Positions 17,691 to 27,895 of a stretch of 44,239 nt of DNA are shown one piece after another. The translations under genes and the position numbers were made by a program. Source of the stretch: an uncultured Methanosarcinales archaeon (GTDB lineage Archaea > Nanobdellota > Nanobdellia > Woesearchaeales > CAZXZL01). Under the pieces are notes generated by a model. That model was given only the letters and a program-made list of their open reading frames with translations. It was not told the origin of the DNA and made no database searches. Position 1 is the stretch's first letter; each line of letters opens with the position of its first letter. The stretch covers positions 1 to 44,239 of the forward strand of contig CAZXZL010000002.1 of assembly GCA_964645415.1 (NCBI GenBank). Reading direction: 5' to 3'.

Positions 17691-20627
17691 TTAAAGAGTT
17701 TTTATGACTTGAATCCTAAGTTCTTTACTCTTAATCTCATAATTTTCATCAAAATCAACGTTTTCCTCTTCAGTAAACATTACTTGATCAATTTCTATAC
17801 GTGATTTTAAGTCCTCCATATTTTCTTCAACTACTTCTTTAAAGACACTATCTCCTAAAATAACTAAATCAATTAAATCACTTCTTTCAAGACCCATCTT
17901 TTTTCTAGATGATTGAATCCTTCTTATTAACTCTCTATAATAACCTTCTTTTTTAAGTTCATCATCAAGTTCAAGATTAGCTATGATTTTAATATTTTCT
18001 AGCTCTTCAACAATTTCATTATCATAACTCTTTTCATCAAAAACTAAATTTTTAGAATTAGTTCTTTTTTTAATTAATTCAATTGAATCAGAACTTAAAT
18101 CAATTTCTTTATCAGTACTAATAGAAACCTCTTTGATAGGCCATCTAACACTCCTAGAAGCTTTACTCCTAATGTTTTTAATAGAAGAAATCATCTCTTG
18201 AGCAAATTCAAACTCAAATTCTGAATCATCAAAAAATAACTCTTCATCATAATCTGGCCATTCATAAAGGTGTACACTATCAACATCAATTCCAAATTTT
18301 TCTTTTAAAGTTAAATAAATCTTTTCAGAAATATAAGGAGTAAATGGAGCTAATAATTTCAATGTTGTAAATAAAGTTCTAAATAGAACATATAATACAA
18401 CTTCTGCATCTTCTTTTGAGCCAGCAGTTAATCTTTTTCTTACAGCACGAATATATTTTCGTGAAATATCTAAAAATAGTTTTTCAATCTTTTTAGGAAC
18501 TTCATTAATCTTATAATCTTCCATTAGATTAGATACTTCTTTAACTGTTTTTTCACAGCGAGATAAAATATATTCTTCAGATAATGTAAAAGACTTTTTA
18601 ACATCATCAAAATTAACTTTGGATGGATTAATTTCATTTAATTTTGACATACTTTGAAGATAGTTTGATACATTCCATAATACATTTAAATTTCTTCTAT
18701 GATTTTTTAATTCATCAAAGCTGAAATTTAAGTCCTCTCCAGCTTCAGCTTGAATAGAATATAACCTAAATGCATCCGCACCATACTGTTTTATAATCTT
18801 TTCAGGTTTTACAACATTTCCAATTGATTTAGACATTTTTAAACCTTTAGAATCAGAAATAAAACCATGCATGAATACATTTTCAAAAGGTTTTTCATCA
18901 AATGTTAAAAAAGATGAAATCATAAGTAAATTAAACCAACCTCTAATTTGATCCTTACCCTCTGTAATAAAGTCTGCAGGAAATAAATCTTCAAAAGTTT
19001 TATCTTCTTCAGGATAATTAAGACAATTCCAAGAAGTTGTTCCAGAATCAACCCAAACATCTAAAACATCAGGGATTCTGTTCATATCTTTATGACAAAC
19101 ACTACATTCTATTTTAACATCATCAATATAAGGTTTATGAATATCATCAGGCACTTCTCCTGCCTTCTTTTTGAGTTCTTTTAGACTTCCAATAACTTCG
19201 ATTTCACCACAACTACATTCCCATATTGGAACAGGAGTTCCCCAAAATCTTTGTCTAGTAATACTATTATCTCTTAGATTTTCAAGCCAAGAATCAAAAG
19301 CATTTGATCCAGCCCATTCTGGAACCCAATGAACATCAGAATTTGCTTCTCTTAATTTATCTTTAAGATCTTCTACTTTAAAGAACCATTGCTCTGTTGT
19401 TCTAAACACAACTGGAGAATTACACCTTGAACAAAAAGGATAATCGTGTTCAACATCTGATGTTGCAACCAAAGCATCAACTTCATCCAGGCGATTAATA
19501 AATTTATCATCATCTTCTCTTGCATTAAGTCCTGAAAAAACACCCATGTCCTCTGAAAAAATACCTGTTTCTTTTAAGGTATTAAATGGCGGGATATTAT
19601 TTTTTAAACCAACTTCATAATCTTCAGGTCCACAACCTGGAGCCATATGAACAAGACCGGTTCCAGCAGATAAATCTACATGTTCAGAACTCAAAACAAT
19701 AGTATGGACTTTTTCAGAATCTTGTTTTAAACTTGAATAATGACTTCCTAATTCATCATTAAAAGGATGATTATATTCTAAACCTTCTAAATCAGAGCCT
19801 TTCATTGTTTCAACTAACTCATAATCTTTTTCAAAAACACTAGAAAATAGTATTCCAGCCATCTTCTTTGCTAGAATCCAGTACTCTGTTTCGCCTTCTA
19901 CTTCAACTTTAAACTTCCCATATTCTATTTCAGGACCAGCCATAACCCCTAGATTAAAAGGAATAGTCCAAGGAGTAGTTGTCCATATTAAAATAGAGTG
20001 ATTTTCTTTATTTTTTAAAGGGAACTTAACATAAATAGACTCATCAATTACATTATCATATTCTAACTCATGTTTAGCCAAAGCAGTTTCACAAGATTTA
20101 CACCAAGTCATTGTTTTTTCTCCTTTGTATAATCTATCTTTTTCATGAGCTTTTTTAATTAAGTGCCAAACACCTCCCATAAATTTATTATCAATAGGCA
20201 TATAAGCATTATCAAAATCCATCCAAACACCTAAACGCTTAAAATCATCATTCATCTTTTTCATATACTTGATGGAGTACTCTTCACATTTTTTTATAAA
20301 TTTTTCAACAGAATATTCTTCAATATCTTCTTTAGTCTCAAGACCGACATTTTCCATAACCTTGTGAGCAGTAGGTAAACCATGCATATCATATCCTGCT
20401 CTATCCCAGACATCATTTCCAGTCATTCTTTTATATCGCAATACAGAATCTTTCAAAACCTTATTCCATGCAGTACCAATATGTATATACCCAGAAGTAT
20501 ATGGAGGACCATCTAAAAAATAAAATTTTTGTTTATCATTATTTTTTTCTTTTGCAGCTTTATAAACATCATTTTCATTCCAATATTTTAAAACATCCTC
20601 TTCTACATTTTTATGTTTATATTTCAT
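17691..20627 (-). CDS. ileS: Isoleucine--tRNA ligase (archaeal/eukaryote type)
   Basis: DGPPYTSG.IHIGT, WTTTPWT.P.N, GTGLVHMAPG.G.ED, RQRFWGTP.P, EGKDQIRGWF and KMSKS; start probably ATG 20627 after GGTGA. Confidence 0.98.
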   Translation of the reverse strand: MKYKHKNVEEDVLKYWNENDVYKAAKEKNNDKQKFYFLDGPPYTSGYIHIGTAWNKVLKDSVLRYKRMTGNDVWDRAGYDMHGLPTAHKVMENVGLETKEDIEEYSVEKFIKKCEEYSIKYMKKMNDDFKRLGVWMDFDNAYMPIDNKFMGGVWHLIKKAHEKDRLYKGEKTMTWCKSCETALAKHELEYDNVIDESIYVKFPLKNKENHSILIWTTTPWTIPFNLGVMAGPEIEYGKFKVEVEGETEYWILAKKMAGILFSSVFEKDYELVETMKGSDLEGLEYNHPFNDELGSHYSSLKQDSEKVHTIVLSSEHVDLSAGTGLVHMAPGCGPEDYEVGLKNNIPPFNTLKETGIFSEDMGVFSGLNAREDDDKFINRLDEVDALVATSDVEHDYPFCSRCNSPVVFRTTEQWFFKVEDLKDKLREANSDVHWVPEWAGSNAFDSWLENLRDNSITRQRFWGTPVPIWECSCGEIEVIGSLKELKKKAGEVPDDIHKPYIDDVKIECSVCHKDMNRIPDVLDVWVDSGTTSWNCLNYPEEDKTFEDLFPADFITEGKDQIRGWFNLLMISSFLTFDEKPFENVFMHGFISDSKGLKMSKSIGNVVKPEKIIKQYGADAFRLYSIQAEAGEDLNFSFDELKNHRRNLNVLWNVSNYLQSMSKLNEINPSKVNFDDVKKSFTLSEEYILSRCEKTVKEVSNLMEDYKINEVPKKIEKLFLDISRKYIRAVRKRLTAGSKEDAEVVLYVLFRTLFTTLKLLAPFTPYISEKIYLTLKEKFGIDVDSVHLYEWPDYDEELFFDDSEFEFEFAQEMISSIKNIRSKASRSVRWPIKEVSISTDKEIDLSSDSIELIKKRTNSKNLVFDEKSYDNEIVEELENIKIIANLELDDELKKEGYYRELIRRIQSSRKKMGLERSDLIDLVILGDSVFKEVVEENMEDLKSRIEIDQVMFTEEENVDFDENYEIKSKELRIQVIKTL

Positions 20628-20734
20628 AATTATCACCAGAAACGACATTAAATTAAATAATATTAAAAATTACAGAAATCCTCAACAGAAACAGATTATA
20701 AGATAATATCATTAAGTATAGTAAATTTAAACAA

Positions 20735-20750
20735 TATATAAAAGTTTCCA
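20735..20750 (-). promoter_or_regulatory. Likely BRE-TATA promoter of ileS
   Basis: Minus strand TGGAAACT-TTTATATA. Confidence 0.45.
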
Positions 20751-20813
20751 AACGAAATAAAATAATTTATATTAAAAATATAAAAATTAAATAGATTTTA
20801 TGAAAAATAGATT

Positions 20814-21578
20814 TTATAAAATTGAACTATTATAAACATCTAAACCATAAATAGTATATTTTGAAGGAAAATAGTGAATTTCACAATCATGATAATAATT
20901 AAAAATAGAAAATAAAAATTTGATAAACTTAGAGAAACTACCAGAAATAGCAATAACATCAGGGGAATAAATAAAATCAATAAAGGTGAAAATTTTCTTA
21001 ATATGAATATAAATTGGTTTCAAATCTGATTTTATTTTATTGATATCATTAAAATTAAAAGATTCAAGGTTATTAAAACTATAACCTTTTGATTTAATAT
21101 ATTCTTCAACTTTTTTACTATTAAACTGGTTCTCAAGCATCATCCCTATCTCTCCAAAACCACCTCTTTTAGATTCTACTAGGTTTCCAGAATTAACTAA
21201 ACCCACACCAATTCCAGTTCCAAAAATTACTCCACAAACTAATTTATCATTTAAAATTCTACTAACTCCATAAGTAAATGCATCAGCATCATTCATTAAA
21301 GTCAAGTGTTTTGGAAAAAAATTAGACTGGATAAAATCTTTAAAATTACCTTTATAATCAATATTAGTTAATGAGACATCTCCATTAGCAGAAACAACAC
21401 CAGGTAATGCAAAATGAAGATTAGGATCTTCTTCAAAAGGGATATGAGATAATAATAAATCAATTTGGTTTTGAAAAGAATTCACTAAAGTATCAATTTC
21501 ATTAATAAATGTAAAAGTACCTTTTTTTTTACAATAAATTGAAATGTTAGTTCCACCAACATCAAAATACAGTTTCAT
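20814..21578 (-). CDS. ROK-family sugar kinase (no HTH, no Cys Zn motif)
   Basis: FDVGGTNI, ALPGVV, NDADA, GTGIGVG and GEIG; coupled to the upstream gene by TAATG. Confidence 0.88.
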   Translation of the reverse strand: MKLYFDVGGTNISIYCKKKGTFTFINEIDTLVNSFQNQIDLLLSHIPFEEDPNLHFALPGVVSANGDVSLTNIDYKGNFKDFIQSNFFPKHLTLMNDADAFTYGVSRILNDKLVCGVIFGTGIGVGLVNSGNLVESKRGGFGEIGMMLENQFNSKKVEEYIKSKGYSFNNLESFNFNDINKIKSDLKPIYIHIKKIFTFIDFIYSPDVIAISGSFSKFIKFLFSIFNYYHDCEIHYFPSKYTIYGLDVYNSSIL

Positions 21579-24500
21579 TAAGACATACCTCTAATAGATA
21601 CAGCTTCATAAAAGTGAGAATAACAATCTTCTTGATGTACTGGACAAATTAATACAAAACCCGGTTCATCGTCATATCTAACAGTATGAACTGAAGTTTC
21701 AGCATAACTATCATAAGTATGAGCTCTTAATATAAATTCATTAGTACCTGGTTCTAAATCTTGTAAAGTTGCAGTAAAGTTAATAACTCCTTGATCTCTA
21801 GGAGATCGTTCAATGACATCTTCACCATGATACCATTCACCATCATAGAAAATTTCAATCATAGTAATATCATAAGTACTTTCAACAAAACCAGGAATAT
21901 TTACCCAATCTTGATTTATTGTAATATCATCTATATGAGAAACAATTAATAATGGAACATCAGGATCTATTTTAAATTCAGATACTCTCCTTTCACCAGG
22001 TGAACCATCATTAGAATAGCCTTGAACGATTAGAGTATAATTTGCTTCTTCAGTTAAATTACCTACATCAATATTGATTAAATCATTATCATATTCATAA
22101 TTTTTATTAAGATCATCTAATAATTCACCATCTTCATATAACTCAATATCTGTAGATTCAAGGTCTACTCGGCAATTATAACCTGAACAAGATTGTGTGA
22201 AGTAAATTTGAATAAATTCATCATAATGTTGGAATATTCCTCCATTAGGTCTTAAGTAACTTACTCTAGGACCACTTATGTTGAAATAAATATCACCAAA
22301 ATGAACTTTTTCAGAATTTGATGCAGCATCAATAGCTTCAACATAAATTTTATTTTCGCCACCCCTTAAATTTAATTCAAATGACTTATCACCGGCAGGT
22401 TCATTTTCAGAGGATTTTATGAGACTATCACCACTATAAATATTAATATCACTTTCTTTAGATAAACTAAACTCTACATCAAAAGTAGATTCTTCAGTCA
22501 CTAAATCAACAAAATCAAAAGTTATTTCTGGAGGAGTAGTATCTAATATTAAACTAAAACTTTTTTCAGATGTTTCTAGAACACCAAGATTATCTTCACA
22601 CCTCATGATGAAATTTGATTCTACACCTTCATTTAACTCAAAAATACCCTCATCAAATACAGATTCGTAGACATCTAAAACCCTATGAGTAAAAGCCATA
22701 TCTGTTCTGAATAAACGAGAAATAAAATTAACTAAACGATTCCCGTAATCATCATATATAGAACAAGATGCATTTTGTATAGTATAAGCTTTAATAGAAG
22801 GTTCACTTTCATTAACATAACCTGAAGGTTGAACATCTATAATATTAACACTCATATCAAAATCCACTTCAAGATCAATTCTTCTCGCAATATTATTTCC
22901 AATAGAATCACGACACTCTAAATAAATGTGGTGTTCTCCTTCGTCTAAAACACCATCAAATTTTTTCTCGAATGAATATTCTGATTTTGTATTTTCGATT
23001 TCAACCATATCATTAAAATTACTTGTCTCAAGAGAATATCTACAATTTGAATCTTTTTTATTAGTAGATAATTCAATATAAAATATATCTCTTGGTGCCA
23101 TAGCATTCATAACATCATCTCCTTGATGATAATTTATTGTTCTAGCACCACGAATATCAAGATACTCAATATCAATAGGTGTAGTATCATAACTAATTGA
23201 AAATTTATTTTTACCTTCATTACCAAGCCAATCTTCACAAGTTATTTCAAATTCAGTATCACTTTGAAACTCAATATTATGATTAATATCATTTAATAAT
23301 ATATTTTCTCCTTGAATACTAATAGGGATATCATCAAAACTTTGGTCTTCATTTTCATAACTCAAATAATTACATTCAGCAAGTTCATCAAAGATTAATT
23401 CGATTTCTGGAGATATTGAACTTGTTTTTCTTGGTGAAAAATCAACTAAATTAGGATATTTTAAGTCAGATATTAAATCATAATTCCTTACTTTTTTATC
23501 CCCTTCAATATTTTCAAAGATTATTTTTAGACTATGAATATTCTTTTGACCAACAAAAGAATTAGGAATACTAATATATAACTCAGAACTCTTTTGAATA
23601 TCATCAGAATCATTAGTTTGAGTGTATAATAAATCCTCATTAATATAAACTGATGTAGATAACCTACCTTCTTGTTCTAAGTCATAGTTTAAAGTGATAT
23701 CATCTGAATTAATAACAATATTCTTTTCTGATTCATCAAAAATACCTTCACCATAATCTGACCTAATAATCTCAGGAGGATTCATATAATGTGATATTTC
23801 AAAACTAAATGATTCTTCATTTCCATAGATATCAACAACATCAACAATTAATTCAAAATCACTTTCAACAGACATATTAATGGAAAAATCTTTTTCATTA
23901 GAATCAATATCTTCAAAAAAATACTCTTCTTCAAAACTGGCATCACCATCCACTGAAAAATTCACATGTTCAATTCCATCAGTATCATAAGCTTTCGCTA
24001 TTATTTCATATTCTCCAAAATATGCTTTTTTATCTGATAATAATTCAAAAGATGGTTTTTCTGAAAAGTGACTTTCATCGGCAATTATAAATTCAAAATT
24101 TTCATCAATCCTATCAGGTGAAGATGTTGGGATACAATGAACATCAATGTCAAATTCAAAAACTTCACCTTCATTGTGATAGTCAGAAAAATCAAGCTCT
24201 TTTCCAAATTCATTAGAATTAATGTTTTCTAAATCAACAAGATCATATTCTCCTTCACTATCTCTTATTTCACAGTTACTTAAAATTTCATTTGAAGTTA
24301 AATTAAAGTTAAAAGAAGGGTCAGTTAATTCAAAAGGTTCTTTTTCTTTAGAACCGTATTCATCAATAGGACTTAAAAGAAATAAATTTGGATCTAAAGA
24401 AGTATCAATTAACCAATCAAGATAAAGTGTCTCAGTTCTCCCATATCTATCTTCACAAGTAATATTAATATCATATAACCCTCTAGGGTCTTTAGAATTA

Positions 24501-27500
24501 GATTCTAAGTTTATTGTTATAGTATCTGAAAAAGATCTTCCTTGTGAAAATTCTTTTGTAAAAGGATTTTCATATGAACATTTAATTTGATCATTTAAAT
24601 TTGATTCTTCATAATCAGGATTCTTTTGAATTTCAATATCTAACTCAGCATTACCATCTGAATTTAGATCTGTTGTTCTAAAAACACCATCACTAATAAG
24701 ATCTTCAGAATAATATTCTATCTCAAAAGGATGTCTTGATTTATATGTACTTATTCTGGGTTTTATTTCATTTCCAAGAGAATCGTTACAATCAAAGTAA
24801 ATAGTATCAGATGATTCTAAACTATATTCTGATAAATCATAATAAAGGTAATCTCCTTTTTTTGTTTGTTCTAGAGTTTCTCTCTCATCAACACCTAATA
24901 TCAAATCACAATTTACATTAAGACCATCAAATAAAACTCTAAAAGAAGGTTCTTCATCAAAAAAGAATAATTCAAAATTACTTTTATCAAAATATGACGA
25001 AGTCGATTTAATATCAACTAATTCAGGATCATCCTCATAAGATGAAATTTCAATAAATTCTTGATTTTGGTTTCCTGTTTCATCATAAGCAGTTACATAA
25101 AATCTATTTAATCCAGAGCTTAAATCGAGAGAGTAAAAACTAGATCTAATATAATCACTTACATTTGTTGAAATTAAACTAAAATCATAATTTTTTTCAA
25201 GTTTATCAGAACTATTATATATCTCAATATGACTCAAACTTACACTCTCAATAAAGTAATATAGATCAAAAGAATTACTTTGAGTATAATAGATTCCATC
25301 CTCCTTAATATATGGATCTGGAAAATAAGGTTCTAATTCAATTAGAGGTTTTTCATGATCAATATAAGCTCTTTTTATATTTAATTCCTCTTCATTTCCT
25401 AACTCATCAATAGATCTAAAAGCAAAGTTATATGCACCTAAATCATCAAAAAAGATTGGTCCATCATATTCTTTAAATTCACAATCATCTTCCCATTCAG
25501 AGAAATTATCTTTTGAAATATTAAGACCTTCTACCATACAATATTCAGTTAAATCAATTTCAGAACCATTATTAGTGTTTACATTTAAATTAAAATTAAA
25601 AGAATCTTCATTATATTCTGAATAATCATCCCAAGTTGTAGTAGGTGGAGTCTTATCAATTAGTAATTTTCCTGTTTTAGTATTTCTTACTCCTGCAGAA
25701 TCTTCAGCATAAAAAATCACATCCTCATTTATATCATCATCAAAAATAATTGTTTCTTCCACATAATCTTTAATATCATTATAAGTTTCAAAAACAACTT
25801 CATTCACATCACAGTTAGGATAACAATAACCAATTTCAGAAATACTAAAATCGTGAGATACATTTAAACGTACTAAAGTACTAGATCTACGCCATGTATC
25901 AAAAGCACTTGGATTTAAAAATTCAATTTGAGGACCACTATCACTATAAAAAATATCTATTTTTTGTTCAGTACAATTGAGAGGGTCACAAATGATTATT
26001 TCTAAATCATAAAAACCTTCTCCTGGTTGTGTCGGTAAAAGAAGTTCTACCTCTTTATTTTCATCAATTGTTTTATCTTCACGAATATCACCTGAAAAAG
26101 AAATATTAACAAGATTTGATTCATCTATTGTTTCAAAAAATCTATTAAAGTTAGTACTAGAAACAGCAAAATCATCTTCATTTATTCTTGGTGGTTGATT
26201 ATCTAACCTTATTTCAAAATCAAATTCAGCATTATCCTCACCATCTTCATAACTTGAATCTATTGAAAAAATTCTTGAATCTCCTTCATCAAAACTACCA
26301 ATAAATTCAAGGTTTACTTCAAAAATATTATTATCATTATCTATTTTAGTAACACTTGAGGTGCCTGCATCAAAATCATCATCTAATATTTCTATTTCTT
26401 CTCCATCATCAAGTTCATGGTCGAAATGAAGTTCAAAATCAGGATCTTCAAGATGAGTAACATAAATATTATCTTCATAATGTACTAGATCATCAGAAAC
26501 AAGAGTTGGTCTTCGAGGAATATTATCATTACGTGTGAAATTTAATACTTTAGTTAAAGCATTTCCTGCCATATCTTCTATATAAATCTCATATTCATAA
26601 TAACCTTCTTCAATAATTTCACCTAAATCTAACGTCGCTTCTAAATTTGTTCCATCATGATTTTCTTCAAAACTAAAATCTGATGAGCTATAATACTGAT
26701 CTTTTCCTTCAGTAAAATTCAATTCCATAGAATTTTTATTTATCTTAATATCGTCTTCAAAGTTTAATATTATCTCAGATTCCTCTCCAGGATAAACCTC
26801 ATCAGGAAATCGATTAGTTAATTCAGGAGAGTACTCACTATAGATTAATTTATGTTCATTAAAAATTTGGTTAACATTGCCAGCATCATTTTCAATATAA
26901 AAGTTAAAGTAATATTCATCTAAATTAGGAGATAGGTCAATATTAAAGAATCCTGAAGGAAGAAAATTATCAGTCCTATTCTCATAATAAATATTATATT
27001 CATCATAAACTAAATCATCAGAAATAGTAATTAAATAGTCATCTCCTTGTATTTCAAAATTTCCTATCTCAACCACATGATCTTCAACACATTCTATAAA
27101 TTCAGAATCACTAACTTCAGAATCTCCTTGAGAATTACAATCATTTATTAAAATAGACATATCTGGTTTCATCCATACATGATCATTTGAATCTAAAGTA
27201 TTACCTAATTCAGATATTTTTTCAACTTGATCAGAATGGTCATTTACATTATAAGTTATAATATTATCATCTAGGAAACCTCTTGTTAATAAACCTTCAG
27301 TAAGCAAATAATTAGTCTCAATAGAATCATCATAAAACTCTCCAAAATGAGATTCTCCAGAAAAATCATTAGATTCATAAACAGATACCCAAACATGATT
27401 ATTTGGGTCTACTTGTCCAATAATATTTCTCCGATTAACATAAGAAACATCCTCATCAATGTCTAAAGGAAGAAAAGATTCATGAAATTCAGGTAAATCT

Positions 27501-27895
27501 TCATTTAGTTCAAAATGAAACTCAATATCATGATTCATACGAATTCCTGTTTTTGTTCTTGCACCTTCTTCAGGAATATAAAGAAGGTAATCACCTTCGT
27601 CATTTAAACTTTCTCCTTCTAAAGTAACTTCTGCAGAAGATCTTTCGTTAACATATTCTTTCTCAAAATCATCAATATCTGCTATCAAATAATCATTATC
27701 AACTTGGTCTGAATCAAAAAGATAAAGTTCATGAATCTCAACATCTGTTTGAGTAAATGAAATAGTAAAAGTAGGATTGCTTTGATAAGTCATACCTTCA
27801 AAATACCTTGTTGAACCATCAGCATAAACTGTTAAAGAAAACAATAAAATTAATACAAAAATCCATTTAAATAATTTAAAATTATAAGCTTTCAT
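21578..27895 (-). CDS. Large (2105 aa) secreted acidic surface protein with tandem Ig-like/beta-sandwich domains
   Basis: Signal-peptide-like N-terminus MKAYNFKLFKWIFVLILLFSLTVYA, recurring D-x-x-G-N and D-x-x-P-P Ig-like motifs, many N-x-S/T sequons, D/E-rich, no C-terminal TM helix. Confidence 0.85.
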   Translation of the reverse strand: MKAYNFKLFKWIFVLILLFSLTVYADGSTRYFEGMTYQSNPTFTISFTQTDVEIHELYLFDSDQVDNDYLIADIDDFEKEYVNERSSAEVTLEGESLNDEGDYLLYIPEEGARTKTGIRMNHDIEFHFELNEDLPEFHESFLPLDIDEDVSYVNRRNIIGQVDPNNHVWVSVYESNDFSGESHFGEFYDDSIETNYLLTEGLLTRGFLDDNIITYNVNDHSDQVEKISELGNTLDSNDHVWMKPDMSILINDCNSQGDSEVSDSEFIECVEDHVVEIGNFEIQGDDYLITISDDLVYDEYNIYYENRTDNFLPSGFFNIDLSPNLDEYYFNFYIENDAGNVNQIFNEHKLIYSEYSPELTNRFPDEVYPGEESEIILNFEDDIKINKNSMELNFTEGKDQYYSSSDFSFEENHDGTNLEATLDLGEIIEEGYYEYEIYIEDMAGNALTKVLNFTRNDNIPRRPTLVSDDLVHYEDNIYVTHLEDPDFELHFDHELDDGEEIEILDDDFDAGTSSVTKIDNDNNIFEVNLEFIGSFDEGDSRIFSIDSSYEDGEDNAEFDFEIRLDNQPPRINEDDFAVSSTNFNRFFETIDESNLVNISFSGDIREDKTIDENKEVELLLPTQPGEGFYDLEIIICDPLNCTEQKIDIFYSDSGPQIEFLNPSAFDTWRRSSTLVRLNVSHDFSISEIGYCYPNCDVNEVVFETYNDIKDYVEETIIFDDDINEDVIFYAEDSAGVRNTKTGKLLIDKTPPTTTWDDYSEYNEDSFNFNLNVNTNNGSEIDLTEYCMVEGLNISKDNFSEWEDDCEFKEYDGPIFFDDLGAYNFAFRSIDELGNEEELNIKRAYIDHEKPLIELEPYFPDPYIKEDGIYYTQSNSFDLYYFIESVSLSHIEIYNSSDKLEKNYDFSLISTNVSDYIRSSFYSLDLSSGLNRFYVTAYDETGNQNQEFIEISSYEDDPELVDIKSTSSYFDKSNFELFFFDEEPSFRVLFDGLNVNCDLILGVDERETLEQTKKGDYLYYDLSEYSLESSDTIYFDCNDSLGNEIKPRISTYKSRHPFEIEYYSEDLISDGVFRTTDLNSDGNAELDIEIQKNPDYEESNLNDQIKCSYENPFTKEFSQGRSFSDTITINLESNSKDPRGLYDINITCEDRYGRTETLYLDWLIDTSLDPNLFLLSPIDEYGSKEKEPFELTDPSFNFNLTSNEILSNCEIRDSEGEYDLVDLENINSNEFGKELDFSDYHNEGEVFEFDIDVHCIPTSSPDRIDENFEFIIADESHFSEKPSFELLSDKKAYFGEYEIIAKAYDTDGIEHVNFSVDGDASFEEEYFFEDIDSNEKDFSINMSVESDFELIVDVVDIYGNEESFSFEISHYMNPPEIIRSDYGEGIFDESEKNIVINSDDITLNYDLEQEGRLSTSVYINEDLLYTQTNDSDDIQKSSELYISIPNSFVGQKNIHSLKIIFENIEGDKKVRNYDLISDLKYPNLVDFSPRKTSSISPEIELIFDELAECNYLSYENEDQSFDDIPISIQGENILLNDINHNIEFQSDTEFEITCEDWLGNEGKNKFSISYDTTPIDIEYLDIRGARTINYHQGDDVMNAMAPRDIFYIELSTNKKDSNCRYSLETSNFNDMVEIENTKSEYSFEKKFDGVLDEGEHHIYLECRDSIGNNIARRIDLEVDFDMSVNIIDVQPSGYVNESEPSIKAYTIQNASCSIYDDYGNRLVNFISRLFRTDMAFTHRVLDVYESVFDEGIFELNEGVESNFIMRCEDNLGVLETSEKSFSLILDTTPPEITFDFVDLVTEESTFDVEFSLSKESDINIYSGDSLIKSSENEPAGDKSFELNLRGGENKIYVEAIDAASNSEKVHFGDIYFNISGPRVSYLRPNGGIFQHYDEFIQIYFTQSCSGYNCRVDLESTDIELYEDGELLDDLNKNYEYDNDLINIDVGNLTEEANYTLIVQGYSNDGSPGERRVSEFKIDPDVPLLIVSHIDDITINQDWVNIPGFVESTYDITMIEIFYDGEWYHGEDVIERSPRDQGVINFTATLQDLEPGTNEFILRAHTYDSYAETSVHTVRYDDEPGFVLICPVHQEDCYSHFYEAVSIRGMS

